64,000 nucleotides of DNA from a virus (taxonomy: Duplodnaviria; Caudoviricetes). The position numbers were made by a program, and so were the translations under genes. The notes beneath the pieces were generated by a model that was not told the origin of the DNA, did not search any database, and saw nothing but the letters and a program-made list of their open reading frames with translations. Below, in pieces: positions 1-9,395 of this stretch (positions are counted from its first letter, which is position 1; each line of letters begins with the position of its first letter). The stretch spans positions 19,782 through 83,781 of the IMG/VR virus record IMGVR_UViG_2643221578_000002; one strand, given 5' to 3'.

Positions 1-1
1 G

Positions 2-1153
2 CCGCTCGCCGCCGATATCGCCCTCGACGCCCTCGGTGACCTGGCCGCCGAACTCCTCGTCGACGGCACGATGATGCGCGCCCTCACCATCCGCGACGGG
101 GTCGCCACCCTCGAACTCGCCGAGGCCACCGAGATGGTCCGCATCTTCGCCGCCGGAATGCGCGGCGTCCTCGACGGGGCGACGAACTACGTCGAGATGG
201 AGATGACCGACGGGTCAACCGGCGAGGGCTTCACCGTCACCGTCCGCCGCCGGGAACGCCCGACGCCGCACGAACTCCGGCAGCAGGCCGAGGCCCGTGT
301 CGAGGAGCTGACCGCAGAGCTGGCGGTGGCCCGGCAGCTCCTCGGCACCACCACGAGCGCGGGCCCGGCCGCCGTACCATCCACCGCCGCGATGCTCTCC
401 ACCCCGTGCGACGCCTGCGACCACACCCTGAACTGGCACCGCAACGACGTCGGGTGCACCGTCCCCCGCTGCGTCTGCGGCCGCTTCCAGGACCCCGTTG
501 AGGCCGCCGCCCCGCCCGCGCCTGCCGACCGGGCCGCCGTGCTGCGGGAGGCCGCCGAGATCGCCGAGTCCCTCCGCGAGTTCACCCCCGCCTACGGGGC
601 CCGGAAGTCCGCGCAGATCTCCGAGAACGTCGGCGTCCTCCGCGTCGCCGACCACCTGCGCCGTCTGGCCGGTGAGGCGGCCGCCGGGGTGCAGCAGACC
701 ACCGAGGCGCACCCGCCGTCCGTCGAGTACATCGCCGAAGTCCTCGAACTCGACGAGTCGTGGGAGTACCTCGGAGCCCACGCCGACCCGGCCGTCGCCG
801 CCCGGCGCCGCGCGAGCGTTACCCGCCGCCACCCGGACGCGGAGACCCGCACCGTCCGGAAGACCACCACGTACACCGTCGAGCCGACCGAGCCGCCCAC
901 GCACCTGCCGAAGGGTACGAACGCCGAGGACTGCCCCGCTTGCAAGGGCACCAACCCGGACTACCCGTTCCTCTGCCCCGGCCCGACCCCCGCCGTGGTT
1001 CACGCCTGCCCGCCCGACGGCTCCGGGCTCACCCCCTGCTGCCACCGGCCCCCGTTCGAGATGCAGGCCGACCGCATGACCACCGACCCGACGGCCGTCA
1101 CCTGCCCCACCCCGCCCGCCGCCCCTGCCGCGCCCGAGGAGCCCACCCCGTGA
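2..1153 (+). CDS. Mosaic phage hypothetical protein with several Cys-rich segments; 5' end probably outside the window
   Basis: Frame open from base 2 (ATG at 71); CxxC motifs; stop overlaps the next start. Confidence 0.6.
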   Translation, partial: PLAADIALDALGDLAAELLVDGTMMRALTIRDGVATLELAEATEMVRIFAAGMRGVLDGATNYVEMEMTDGSTGEGFTVTVRRRERPTPHELRQQAEARVEELTAELAVARQLLGTTTSAGPAAVPSTAAMLSTPCDACDHTLNWHRNDVGCTVPRCVCGRFQDPVEAAAPPAPADRAAVLREAAEIAESLREFTPAYGARKSAQISENVGVLRVADHLRRLAGEAAAGVQQTTEAHPPSVEYIAEVLELDESWEYLGAHADPAVAARRRASVTRRHPDAETRTVRKTTTYTVEPTEPPTHLPKGTNAEDCPACKGTNPDYPFLCPGPTPAVVHACPPDGSGLTPCCHRPPFEMQADRMTTDPTAVTCPTPPAAPAAPEEPTP

Positions 1154-1446
1154 CCGCTCTCGCCGCCGTGCTGGCCGCGCTCGCCGCCGGGTACGGACTC
1201 GGCCGCTACAAGCCCCTCCACCGCGTCTCCGACTGGGCGAACTGGCACCGGTACGGGAAACGCCCCACCGGGCCCCGCCGCTGGGCCGTGTACGCCGTCC
1301 TGTCCGCCGAGAACATCGGCTGGCTCGCCGCCCACCCGGTGCAGGGCTGGGACGCGTGGAAGCACCGCCACGACCCGCCCCCGGCACTTGGCCCCGCCCT
1401 GACCTTCACCGCCCGCACCCGAGCGCCCGAGGAGCCCACACGATGA
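1150..1446 (+). CDS. Small phage membrane-anchored hypothetical protein
   Basis: GTG overlapping the upstream TGA with a GAGGAG RBS; hydrophobic N-terminus. Confidence 0.65.
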   Translation: MTALAAVLAALAAGYGLGRYKPLHRVSDWANWHRYGKRPTGPRRWAVYAVLSAENIGWLAAHPVQGWDAWKHRHDPPPALGPALTFTARTRAPEEPTR

Positions 1447-2285
1447 CCACGCGCAAGAGCCCCGTCCCGTACTTCGGCGCCAAGGGCCGCACCGCCCCCT
1501 GGATCACCTCGCTCCTGCCCCCGCATCAGCACTACGTCGAGCCGTACTGCGGCGGGCTGTCCGTCCTCCTCGCCAAGCAGCCCGCGGCCATGGAGACCGT
1601 CAACGACCTCGACGGCGACCTGATGACGTTCTGGCGGGTCCTGCGCGACCGGCCGGCCGAGCTCATTCGCGCCTGCGCGCTCACCCCGCACAGCCGGGAC
1701 GAACTCGCGGCCGCACATGAACCCGTCGAGCCCGGCGACGACCTGGAGCTCGCCCGCCGCATCTGGTGCCGCCTCGCCCAAGGCCGCGCCGGAACCCTGC
1801 GCAACACCGGGTGGCGGCACTACATCGACCCCGCTGGCTCCGCCACGGGCATGCCGGACTACATGGCCGCCTACGTCGACCGCCTCGCGGCCGCAGCTGA
1901 GCGCCTGCGCCGCGTGTCCCTGGAGTCCCTGCCCGCCCTCGACCTCATCGCCAAGTACGGCGGGCACAAGGATGTGCTGCTGTACGTCGACCCGCCGTAC
2001 CTCGGCACCACCCGCCCGTGGTCGAACTACCGCATCGAGATGAAGGACGAGGCGTCGCATCGGGAGTTGGCGGCCGCGCTCGCCGACTGCAAGGCCGCCG
2101 TCGTCCTCTCCGGGTACGGCAGCCCGCTGTACGACGAGCTGTACGACGGGTGGCACCGGGCCGACCACCAGACCATGACCGGCAACGCCAAGACCGCGAA
2201 GGACCGCACCGAAGTCCTGTGGTCCAACCGCGTGCTCGCCGGGCGGCTCAGCCTCTTCGACGACGAGCCCGAGGAAGCCGCGTAA
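1443..2285 (+). CDS. DNA adenine methyltransferase, Dam/D12 class
   Basis: PYFGAK, EPYCGG SAM-binding motif, NDLD and catalytic DPPY; RBS-preceded ATG at 1443; no cognate endonuclease adjacent. Confidence 0.9.
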   Translation: MTTRKSPVPYFGAKGRTAPWITSLLPPHQHYVEPYCGGLSVLLAKQPAAMETVNDLDGDLMTFWRVLRDRPAELIRACALTPHSRDELAAAHEPVEPGDDLELARRIWCRLAQGRAGTLRNTGWRHYIDPAGSATGMPDYMAAYVDRLAAAAERLRRVSLESLPALDLIAKYGGHKDVLLYVDPPYLGTTRPWSNYRIEMKDEASHRELAAALADCKAAVVLSGYGSPLYDELYDGWHRADHQTMTGNAKTAKDRTEVLWSNRVLAGRLSLFDDEPEEAA

Positions 2286-2345
2286 CCCGCACCACCACCC
2301 CCGCCCCTGCTGCCGGGTGATCCCGGCCCACCGAGGAGACACCAC

Positions 2346-2690
2346 ATGTACCCCACCCTCTTCACCAACCCCGGCGTGAAGGACTTCGCCGAGGAGATCG
2401 ACGCCGAGCGCACCCGCCAGCTCGCCAAATTCGGCGAGCAGCACCACCCCGACGGCACCGGCCTCCCCGTCTACGAGCACGCCGCCCGCCGCTACCGCAA
2501 CCAGGCCGACCGCAACGCCCAGTCCGGAGTCCTCGCCTGGCGGGACGTCCTGCTGGAGGAGGTCTACGAAGCGCTCGCCGAGAAGGACCCGGCCGCGCTC
2601 CGCACCGAGCTGGTCCAGATCGCCGCCGTGTGCGCCGCCTGGGTCCGCGACCTCGACAGCCGCACCGGGCCGACCACCCCCGCCGTCTGA
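2346..2690 (+). CDS. MazG-like all-alpha NTP pyrophosphohydrolase
   Basis: LLEEVYEA...ELVQIAAV acidic helical motif; GAGGAG RBS. Confidence 0.6.
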   Translation: MYPTLFTNPGVKDFAEEIDAERTRQLAKFGEQHHPDGTGLPVYEHAARRYRNQADRNAQSGVLAWRDVLLEEVYEALAEKDPAALRTELVQIAAVCAAWVRDLDSRTGPTTPAV

Positions 2691-3005
2691 CGCCCCTGTC
2701 CCTGTGGGTGGCCGCCCCACCCGGCGGCCACCCCGACACCCCGGAAGGACCCGACATGACCTGCACCATCTGCGGTGTCGACCTCGGCCCCGACTACACC
2801 ACCGACGCCAACGGCACGTGCTGCACCAACTGCGCCGACCACCCCGACACCCCGGCCGATGGCCTGCGGATCTACACCACCGAGGGGGACTGGTGACCGC
2901 CGTGCTCCTCGTCACCGCCCTCGTCATCCTCACCACCGCCACCACCAACCCGGCCATCCACGCCGCGACCGCCCGCATCCGAGCCGCACTCACCGAGGGG
3001 GCCCG

Positions 3006-3347
3006 GTGACCACCCAGCCCCGCATCCCGCTCGACGACCTCACCAGCGACGCCCTCGACGCCCTGTACGACGAACGCGACCAGTACCGGGCCGACTGCCA
3101 GAAGTGGGCTGGAGCCGTCGTCTCGGCCGAGAAGGTCCGCCGTGCCGACGCGGCCGACGCCGACCGCTACGAAGGCGAACTCCTCCAACGCATCGCCAAC
3201 CTGGAGGCCGACGTGGTCCGGCTGACCGCCGGGCAGTGCGTCGACTCCCGGGCCATGTGCGAGAAGCACCACCTGCCCCCGGTGACTGACTGCCCGTACC
3301 CCCGGTGCCGGGCCGCACGCGCCACCGGGCGCGCAGCCACCGCCTGA
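3006..3347 (+). CDS. Phage hypothetical protein (coiled coil plus Cys-rich tail)
   Basis: Overlapping GTG start; LDDLTSDALDALY phage-type N-terminus; coupled to small ORFs 2756-2896 and 2893-3009. Confidence 0.6.
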   Translation: MTTQPRIPLDDLTSDALDALYDERDQYRADCQKWAGAVVSAEKVRRADAADADRYEGELLQRIANLEADVVRLTAGQCVDSRAMCEKHHLPPVTDCPYPRCRAARATGRAATA

Positions 3348-3992
3348 CCCTGCTACCGCACCCGGCACCCGCGCAGGTCATCAAGGAGATGCCCGACCAG
3401 AACCTCACGCGTGATCCGCAACTGACGAACCCAGTCCTCCCGAGACACAGCAGAGGACACAGAGCCGCCCTGCTCCACCCGCTCCTCCTCGCGCGCAACC
3501 CGCTTCAACCACACCGCGATCTCCACCGACATCTGCCCAGTTTCCCACCGAGCAGCCAGCGGCCCACCCGCATGAGGAGAACCATGACCGACCCCATCAC
3601 CGACAGCGAGCTCCAGCACCTTCGGACGGTCGTCGCCCGGGTCCGCCAGGCCGTGGACGCCGGCCCGGTCGGATCGTGCTGCGCCCACCTCATCCGTGCC
3701 GCCCTCAACCCGCCAGCCGACCTCTGTGGGTGCGGGCGACCCGACCCCGGCCCCTGCCAACCCTGCCCCGAGGGCAGCCCCAGCCTCCACTGCGCCTGCG
3801 TATGCAGGCCGGCCGTGACGAAGGAGCCCACATGATCCGCCCACTCACCGTCCGCCTCGACCCGGCAACGTCACGGCTGCTCCGCCTGTACCGCGGCCAG
3901 CAGCCAGCCACCGTCCTCGGCCGGGCCATGCGGATGCTCGCCCAGGCCGACGGACACCTCGACCCCGCCGGCAACATCAAGTCGAGGCGGCC

Positions 3993-4373
3993 ATGAACGC
4001 CCTGTCACCGCGGCAGCGCACCATCCTCTGGCACCGTGCCCAAGGCCTCACCGGGCCGCAGATCGCCCACACCATGCACCTCGCCGTAGCCACGATCAGC
4101 TACCACGAGCGGATCATCTGCCACACCCTGCGGGCCACGAACATCACCCACGCCGTCCACCTCGGCCACCTCCACCACCTCATCGGCAGCCGGCCCGACT
4201 GCGGCGACCGGGCCGCCTACCTCCGCCACCTCCGCCGCGGCGAACCCACCTGCCCGGCCTGCAAAGCCGCCAACGCCGAACACGCCGTTGCGCAACGCGC
4301 CGGCCAACTGAAAGAGGGGGTCGCACTCGGCCCCGGAGCACGCATCGCCGAACGCACCCCGCACCCCTGCTGA
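3993..4373 (+). CDS. LuxR-type HTH regulator fused to a Cys/His zinc-binding motif
   Basis: LSPRQRTIL...GLTGPQIA...TISYH HTH, then CGDRAAYLRHLRRGEPTCPAC; coupled to ORFs 3584-3835 and 3832-3996. Confidence 0.7.
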   Translation: MNALSPRQRTILWHRAQGLTGPQIAHTMHLAVATISYHERIICHTLRATNITHAVHLGHLHHLIGSRPDCGDRAAYLRHLRRGEPTCPACKAANAEHAVAQRAGQLKEGVALGPGARIAERTPHPC

Positions 4374-4412
4374 TCCGGGTACGTTGCCGCCCTGACACAG
4401 AGAGGACCCGCG

Positions 4413-4664
4413 ATGGACGAAACCGAACAGCCACCGACCACCGGCGAGAAAGTCAAAGCCGCAGGGCAACTGGCCGGCCTCGTGGGCGTTGCCGCTGTCG
4501 GCCTAGGAGCCGCCATTATCGTCGGAGGGCTCCTTGTCCTCCTGCTGCTGATCCTGGGAGCCGTCATCTGGGGTGCCTGGTCAATCAGTTGGGTCATCGG
4601 GCTGCCTGTGACCGTCGTCATCGTGTACGTCCTGATCCGCATGTGGACAGGCGAAAGCGTCTAG
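4413..4664 (+). CDS. Small integral membrane protein
   Basis: GAGG RBS; two long hydrophobic stretches. Confidence 0.6.
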   Translation: MDETEQPPTTGEKVKAAGQLAGLVGVAAVGLGAAIIVGGLLVLLLLILGAVIWGAWSISWVIGLPVTVVIVYVLIRMWTGESV

Positions 4665-4718
4665 GACGCACCGCGGCCCCCACCCAGACGGGCAGGGGCC
4701 GCTTCGCTGCGTGCGGGG

Positions 4719-5432
4719 CTAGCTGTCCTGCGGCTCCGCGAACCGGCCGCCGTCGCGGGTCGCACCATGCCGTCCCCGCCCAGGGCGAGCAGCCTGCTTC
4801 GCCCGCACCTCGTCAGCCGAATACTGGGACTCACCCCGCCGGCCCGGCTCCCGGCCCTGCGACTCGATACCCCACCGGGACAGCTGCTTACGGGCGCTGC
4901 CGTTCGCGGACGGCCCGGTGAAGCCCAGAAACTTCGCGACCATGCTCACCGTCCACAGCTCCACAGGGCGGCCGTAGCCGAGCAGCTCCAGCTCGGGGAT
5001 GTCCTGCACCCGGCCCGCGGCCCGGGCGGCGGGCAGCCACTCGTTGACCCGATGCCAAGCAGCCGACGAGCCGCCGCCGAGCGGGCCGGCCGATGACAGT
5101 AGCCCCTTCAACTCGGCAAGGGCCGCACTGTCGTTCCCGTCGGTCACCAGCCGCATGAGGGGGCGGGCGACGCGGATGGCGTAGTGCCCCACGGCCTCGG
5201 CCTCGTCCAAGTCGTCCGCGTTGAGCGTCAACTGGAGCAGGGGCCGGGCCTGGCCCGCGCCGGGGGCGGTCACGGCGGCCACCGCATCACCGCGACGGGG
5301 CCGGCGCGTCGCCTCGCACCACCACTGTGCGGCGACATCAACGCCGTGGTGCTCGGGGCCGTAGTTGGCGGAGAAGGAACTCTCGACGAGGACGGGAACG
5401 TCGGTCGGGACGGGCGGCAGCTGTACGGGCAT
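4719..5432 (-). CDS. Hypothetical protein with C-terminal MerR/Xis-like HTH
   Basis: WTVSMVAKFLG...SARKQLSRWGI...YSADEV pattern. Confidence 0.6.
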   Translation of the reverse strand: MPVQLPPVPTDVPVLVESSFSANYGPEHHGVDVAAQWWCEATRRPRRGDAVAAVTAPGAGQARPLLQLTLNADDLDEAEAVGHYAIRVARPLMRLVTDGNDSAALAELKGLLSSAGPLGGGSSAAWHRVNEWLPAARAAGRVQDIPELELLGYGRPVELWTVSMVAKFLGFTGPSANGSARKQLSRWGIESQGREPGRRGESQYSADEVRAKQAARPGRGRHGATRDGGRFAEPQDS

Positions 5433-5461
5433 GGTCAGGCCTTTCGCGTGGGCGGGGTTGG

Positions 5462-5995
5462 CTACTTGGCGAGCTGGGTGCGGAGCTGCTCAGCAAGGTC
5501 GAGGACGGTCTCGACCGGGAGGTCGCGGGTTCCGGCGTAGCTGGTGGAGATGCGCCCGTTGTCGCGGAAGCTGACCCCGTTGGACCCGAAGTCGCCCTCG
5601 GTGTCGGAGAGGGCGATGGAGGCGTTCATGAGGACGGTGAGGGTGTGGAGTCGGTCGCCGAGGTCGGTGATGGCGTCGATGCGGTCGGCGAGAAGCGGGG
5701 CCAGGCCGCGGATGACGGTGATGGTCTCGTCGCCGCGCTGGCGGGTGCGAACCTTCGGAGTGATCGTGGTGCCCGCGTGGGGGCCTTCGGCGATGGCATA
5801 GGTGGCGTTGAGGTCGAGCACGTTGACCTGCTTCCGGGTGCGGCGGGCGCCGATGGCGATGCGGCGGGCGAGGGAGGCGGTGTCGATGACCCACCGGCCG
5901 GCGGCTTTGATGGCGGCGATGGCACCGCGGCGAGCCCAGGCGCGGATGGTGGCAGCGGTGACGTTGGCCTGGAGTGCGGCGGCGGTGGTGTTCAT
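5462..5995 (-). CDS. Protein with N-terminal excisionase-like HTH
   Basis: MNTTAAALQANVTAATIRAWARRGAIAAIKAAGRWVID; GAGGGAG RBS. Confidence 0.75.
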   Translation of the reverse strand: MNTTAAALQANVTAATIRAWARRGAIAAIKAAGRWVIDTASLARRIAIGARRTRKQVNVLDLNATYAIAEGPHAGTTITPKVRTRQRGDETITVIRGLAPLLADRIDAITDLGDRLHTLTVLMNASIALSDTEGDFGSNGVSFRDNGRISTSYAGTRDLPVETVLDLAEQLRTQLAK

Positions 5996-6020
5996 CGGGT
6001 CTCCCTCGGTGGCGATAACT

Positions 6021-6049
6021 CCATAATGCCTCACGGTGAGGCGTTATGG
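6021..6049. promoter_or_regulatory. Palindromic operator-like site upstream of the leftward HTH cassette
   Basis: CCATAATGCCTCAC-G-GTGAGGCGTTATGG, 14-bp arms with one mismatch. Confidence 0.55.
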
Positions 6050-6356
6050 GAAGGGGTGTCACCCAGAAGAGTGAGAACCCATCAGAAACCCCAGCTCAGA
6101 TGCGCATCGCCGGGTGGCACCGCTGGCGGAGCGTCGTCGTCGGCAACGCGTCCGAGCCGACCACGTCCCGCCGGCGGGTGACCTTGTCGCAGTCCGGGCA
6201 TGCCGGGCCGTCGGCAGCGGGCCTGCATCGAGATGTCCAACTACCGACGGGTAAAAGATCTCCAGTCGGATCTTTCCGTCTATCGCGCCACGGTCGACCA
6301 ACTTGGTGAATATCATGTGAGCATCTGGTCAACATGACCCAAGAGGCGGTTACTTC

Positions 6357-8312
6357 ATGCCTGCTGAACCCTCAAGCACCCAACGGCGCCGCTTCAACTC
6401 CTCAGAGCGAGGGGCGCTCTTCCTCGCTGCGGACGGGCACTGCGAGGAATGCCGAGCGCCCCTCGAAGCCGGATGGCACGGGGACCACGTGTCCCCGTAC
6501 TCCGCCGGCGGCGACACCGATGTTCTCAACGGGCAAGCCCTCTGCCCGGCCTGCAACCTAAGGAAAGGCTCCAAACCGCAGATGCAGCTCCGCCAATGGC
6601 AGCGACGCGCCGTGGACGCCTTCTACGCCTCCAACTCCAAGAACTTTCTGGTCTCCGCAACGCCGGGCGCAGGGAAGACCAAGTTCTCCCTCCACCTCGC
6701 CAAGGAGCTCATGCAGCAAGGAGTGGTCGAGCGCGTTGCAGTAGTAGCACCGTCGGACAACCTGCGAAGCCAGTGGGCGGACGAAGCCGCTGCGGCCGGC
6801 CTCAAGCTCTTTCCCGTTCCACCCGGAGACAGCGACGGGTACAGCAAGGCTGGATACGTCGGCACCGTCGTGACCTATCAGCAGCTGCTCGGTACGGGCG
6901 GAAGCCTCATGCGCCACGCCATGCGGAAGCCGACCTTCGTCATCCTGGACGAGATCCACCACGCCGGGGACAACAAGTCCTGGGGGGATGCCCTCCAGCT
7001 CGCGGTCGAGCCCGCTGTACACCGACTGTGCCTCACGGGCACACCGTGGCGGCGGGACGCGACCTCCCCCATTCCCTTCGTCCGCTATGACGGCGACGGA
7101 ACCGTGGCGGTCGACTACGCCTACGAATACGGCGCCGCCGTTGCCGACGGAGTCTGCCGGCGCATCGAGTTCCACGCCTACGACGGCGAAGCCAGGTGGA
7201 CGGACCCTGCGCGCCTGAAGCGCACCACGTTCGAGGAGAACGGTAAGTCCGATGTCAGCGTCGAGTTCACCGCGAAACTCGGCGCCAACATGCCGGATGA
7301 GGACGTCTCGGCGGCCCTCGACACCGTCTACGAGCCGAAGTACGCCTGGATGCCGTCGATCCTGGCGCAGGCAGACGAGATGCTGGGCGAGCTCCGGGAG
7401 GATGTTCCTGACGCGGCGGGACTGGTCATCGCCGAGCGGCAATGGCACGCGAAGGGCTACGCAGACCTCCTAGAGCAGATCACCGGGACGCGACCGCCAG
7501 TTGTTGTCTCCGATCCGAAAAGTGACCCAGGCAGTCGTATCGCAAAAGCGCAGATCGATCAGTTCCGGAAGGGCACCGGCCGCTGGATCGTCGCCGTCAA
7601 GATGATCTCCGAAGGTGTTGACATCCCGCGCCTCGCTGTCGGCGTCTACGCCTCCAAGACGCAGACGCCACTCTTCTACCGGCAGGTCGTCGGGCGGTTC
7701 GTTCGTACCCGCCCCGACGAGGAAATCAACGCCCGGCTCCTGATCCCCGCGGTGCCCGAGTTGATGCGGCACGCTCGCGAGATCGAGGAAGAGCTGCGGC
7801 ATCAGCTGGAGATCGCCGCCCAAGAGGACGAGAAGGCCCAGAAGGAGGGGGACGGCACGAAAGGGCAAGGCATGCTCGACTTCCGAACCCCGCTGTCGGC
7901 ATCGGAGTCAGTGTTCGACCGCGCCATTCTCCGCGGCGATGAAGTCTCGGCAGAGGAACTGGCGGCAGCCCAGCAGAAGGCCCAAGAGCTGGGCATTCCG
8001 CGTGCGTTCGCAGCCAACTTGGTTCCCCTGCTGCGAGCCCAAAGCGCCCAGGCCGAGACGGTCGCAGCCGCCCAGGAAGCGCCCGCACCTGCTCCTGCCA
8101 ATGCGATGGAGATCCCGCACTACCGGCGAGAGAAGCTGCTGCGGCAGGAAGTCGAGACTCTCGCCCGGAAGCTCGCCTACCGTCGGAAGCGGCCCCCCAA
8201 GGACATCAACATCGACCTACTGAAGGCGGGGCATCCGAAGCGCTCCAAGGCCACGGTCGAAGAGCTCGAGAAGATGCGCCAGACCCTTGCCGAGTGGCTG
8301 GGGGGAGCGTGA
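6357..8312 (+). CDS. HNH endonuclease fused to an SF2 (DEAH/ResIII-like) helicase
   Basis: CEEC...HGDHVSPYSAGG...LCPACNLRKG HNH; LRQWQ Q-motif, ATPGAGKT, DEIHH, LTGTP, MISEGVDIP, QVVGRFVR helicase motifs. Confidence 0.9.
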   Translation: MPAEPSSTQRRRFNSSERGALFLAADGHCEECRAPLEAGWHGDHVSPYSAGGDTDVLNGQALCPACNLRKGSKPQMQLRQWQRRAVDAFYASNSKNFLVSATPGAGKTKFSLHLAKELMQQGVVERVAVVAPSDNLRSQWADEAAAAGLKLFPVPPGDSDGYSKAGYVGTVVTYQQLLGTGGSLMRHAMRKPTFVILDEIHHAGDNKSWGDALQLAVEPAVHRLCLTGTPWRRDATSPIPFVRYDGDGTVAVDYAYEYGAAVADGVCRRIEFHAYDGEARWTDPARLKRTTFEENGKSDVSVEFTAKLGANMPDEDVSAALDTVYEPKYAWMPSILAQADEMLGELREDVPDAAGLVIAERQWHAKGYADLLEQITGTRPPVVVSDPKSDPGSRIAKAQIDQFRKGTGRWIVAVKMISEGVDIPRLAVGVYASKTQTPLFYRQVVGRFVRTRPDEEINARLLIPAVPELMRHAREIEEELRHQLEIAAQEDEKAQKEGDGTKGQGMLDFRTPLSASESVFDRAILRGDEVSAEELAAAQQKAQELGIPRAFAANLVPLLRAQSAQAETVAAAQEAPAPAPANAMEIPHYRREKLLRQEVETLARKLAYRRKRPPKDINIDLLKAGHPKRSKATVEELEKMRQTLAEWLGGA

Positions 8313-8905
8313 CGTCGAACCTGCGGGCGAACGCTGCCCTCGTGGAGGCGCTCGGATCGGCCCTCCGGGAAGGTGAACACGGCCTCAAGACTGGGCCGGC
8401 GCTGCTGGTACGGGTCCTGCGAGAGGGATCTTGGCGTTCGTTCACGACGCAGCGCGGCGAGCAGGTGGAATACGCGCACTTCGAGCACTTCGTGACCAAG
8501 CCGCCGCTGAAGGGGCTCGGGGCGTCGATGCGACTCATCGAGAAGATGCTGGACTCGATCGAAGATGCGGCGGGGCGCGCCGAGGCCCAGGATCTTCTTG
8601 ATCAAGCAGTGAAGGCCAAGCACGGCGGCGACAGGAGCAAGCTGGATAACATACAGCTTGTCGGTCATCCTTCCGGAACGTCCAAAGAAGCTGGCCTCCG
8701 ACGGCTCCGCAAGGACCGCCCTGACCTTCACGCCGATGTTCTCGCTGGCCGTCTCTCCACCCACGCCGCGATGGTGAAGGCAGGATTTCGCCGGAAGCTC
8801 GTGTCCGTCCCAGTGGATAGCCCGGAGAGCACGGCGCAGGCGATCCGGCGCAACATGAATCCCGAGGCCGTCGCTCAGCTCGCCAAGCTCCTGGCCAAGC
8901 CCTAA
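8309..8905 (+). CDS. Hypothetical, probably DNA-binding protein coupled to the HNH-helicase
   Basis: GTGA overlap with the helicase stop; HGGDRS linker and basic helical LRRLRKDRPDL...LSTHAAMVKAGF segment. Confidence 0.75.
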   Translation: MTSNLRANAALVEALGSALREGEHGLKTGPALLVRVLREGSWRSFTTQRGEQVEYAHFEHFVTKPPLKGLGASMRLIEKMLDSIEDAAGRAEAQDLLDQAVKAKHGGDRSKLDNIQLVGHPSGTSKEAGLRRLRKDRPDLHADVLAGRLSTHAAMVKAGFRRKLVSVPVDSPESTAQAIRRNMNPEAVAQLAKLLAKP

Positions 8906-8926
8906 GTCCGTCGCAGCTGCATGCGG

Positions 8927-8958
8927 AAGCCCCTCACCCCGGAGCGGGTGAGGGGCTT
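8927..8958. terminator. Bidirectional terminator hairpin between convergent operons
   Basis: AAGCCCCTCACCC / GGGTGAGGGGCTT perfect 13-bp stem. Confidence 0.75.
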
Positions 8959-8960
8959 TG

Positions 8961-9395
8961 TTACGTTCGGTCAGCGTCAGCGTCAGCGTCAGCGGGAAGT
9001 GCCTCGTCGAGGTAGTCCTGCACCGGCCCGAACAGCCCATACGGCACGTACTCCGGGATGTCCCCGTGCCGGATCCACGCCACGGCGGCGATCTCTTCGG
9101 CGTCCCCGACGATCGCGTCACCGGAGATCAGCTCGCACGCCACGTAGGTCATCGGCACCCCTGTCTGTGGGTGGACCCGGTCGCCGAGGATGCGCACGGC
9201 CTTGACCTCCAGGCCGACCTCCTCAGCCGTCTCCCGGACCGCGGCCTGCTCCGGAGTCTCCTCGCCCTCGATGCCGCCGCCGGGGAATGCCCACAGCAAC
9301 TTTCCCTCCCGCACCTGCCGCCGGATCATCAGCACCCGCCCGCCGTCCACGATGATCGCCGTGGAGACGGGGGGCTGAACAGTCTGCTCGGTCAC
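8961..9395 (-). CDS. NUDIX hydrolase
   Basis: Canonical Nudix box GGGIEGEETPEQAAVRETAEEVG. Confidence 0.9.
   Translation of the reverse strand: MTEQTVQPPVSTAIIVDGGRVLMIRRQVREGKLLWAFPGGGIEGEETPEQAAVRETAEEVGLEVKAVRILGDRVHPQTGVPMTYVACELISGDAIVGDAEEIAAVAWIRHGDIPEYVPYGLFGPVQDYLDEALPADADADADRT
8970..8993. repeat. (GTCAGC)x4 tandem repeat encoding ADADADAD at the NUDIX C-terminus
   Basis: Directly visible. Confidence 0.85.

Noticed and set aside
1206-3368. Long antisense ORFs here and elsewhere (12957-14603, 27297-29135, 34096-35745, 44666-46069)
   Set aside because: Shadow frames of real genes in high-GC DNA; no motifs and no RBS
1443-8312. Methyltransferase plus HNH-helicase as one restriction-modification system
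   Set aside because: 4 kb apart, in different transcription units, separated by an opposite-strand cassette; the MTase sits among ordinary early genes
8970-8993. (GTCAGC)4 as a phase-variation switch
   Set aside because: The unit is a multiple of three and lies in the last codons of the gene, so slippage would not change frame
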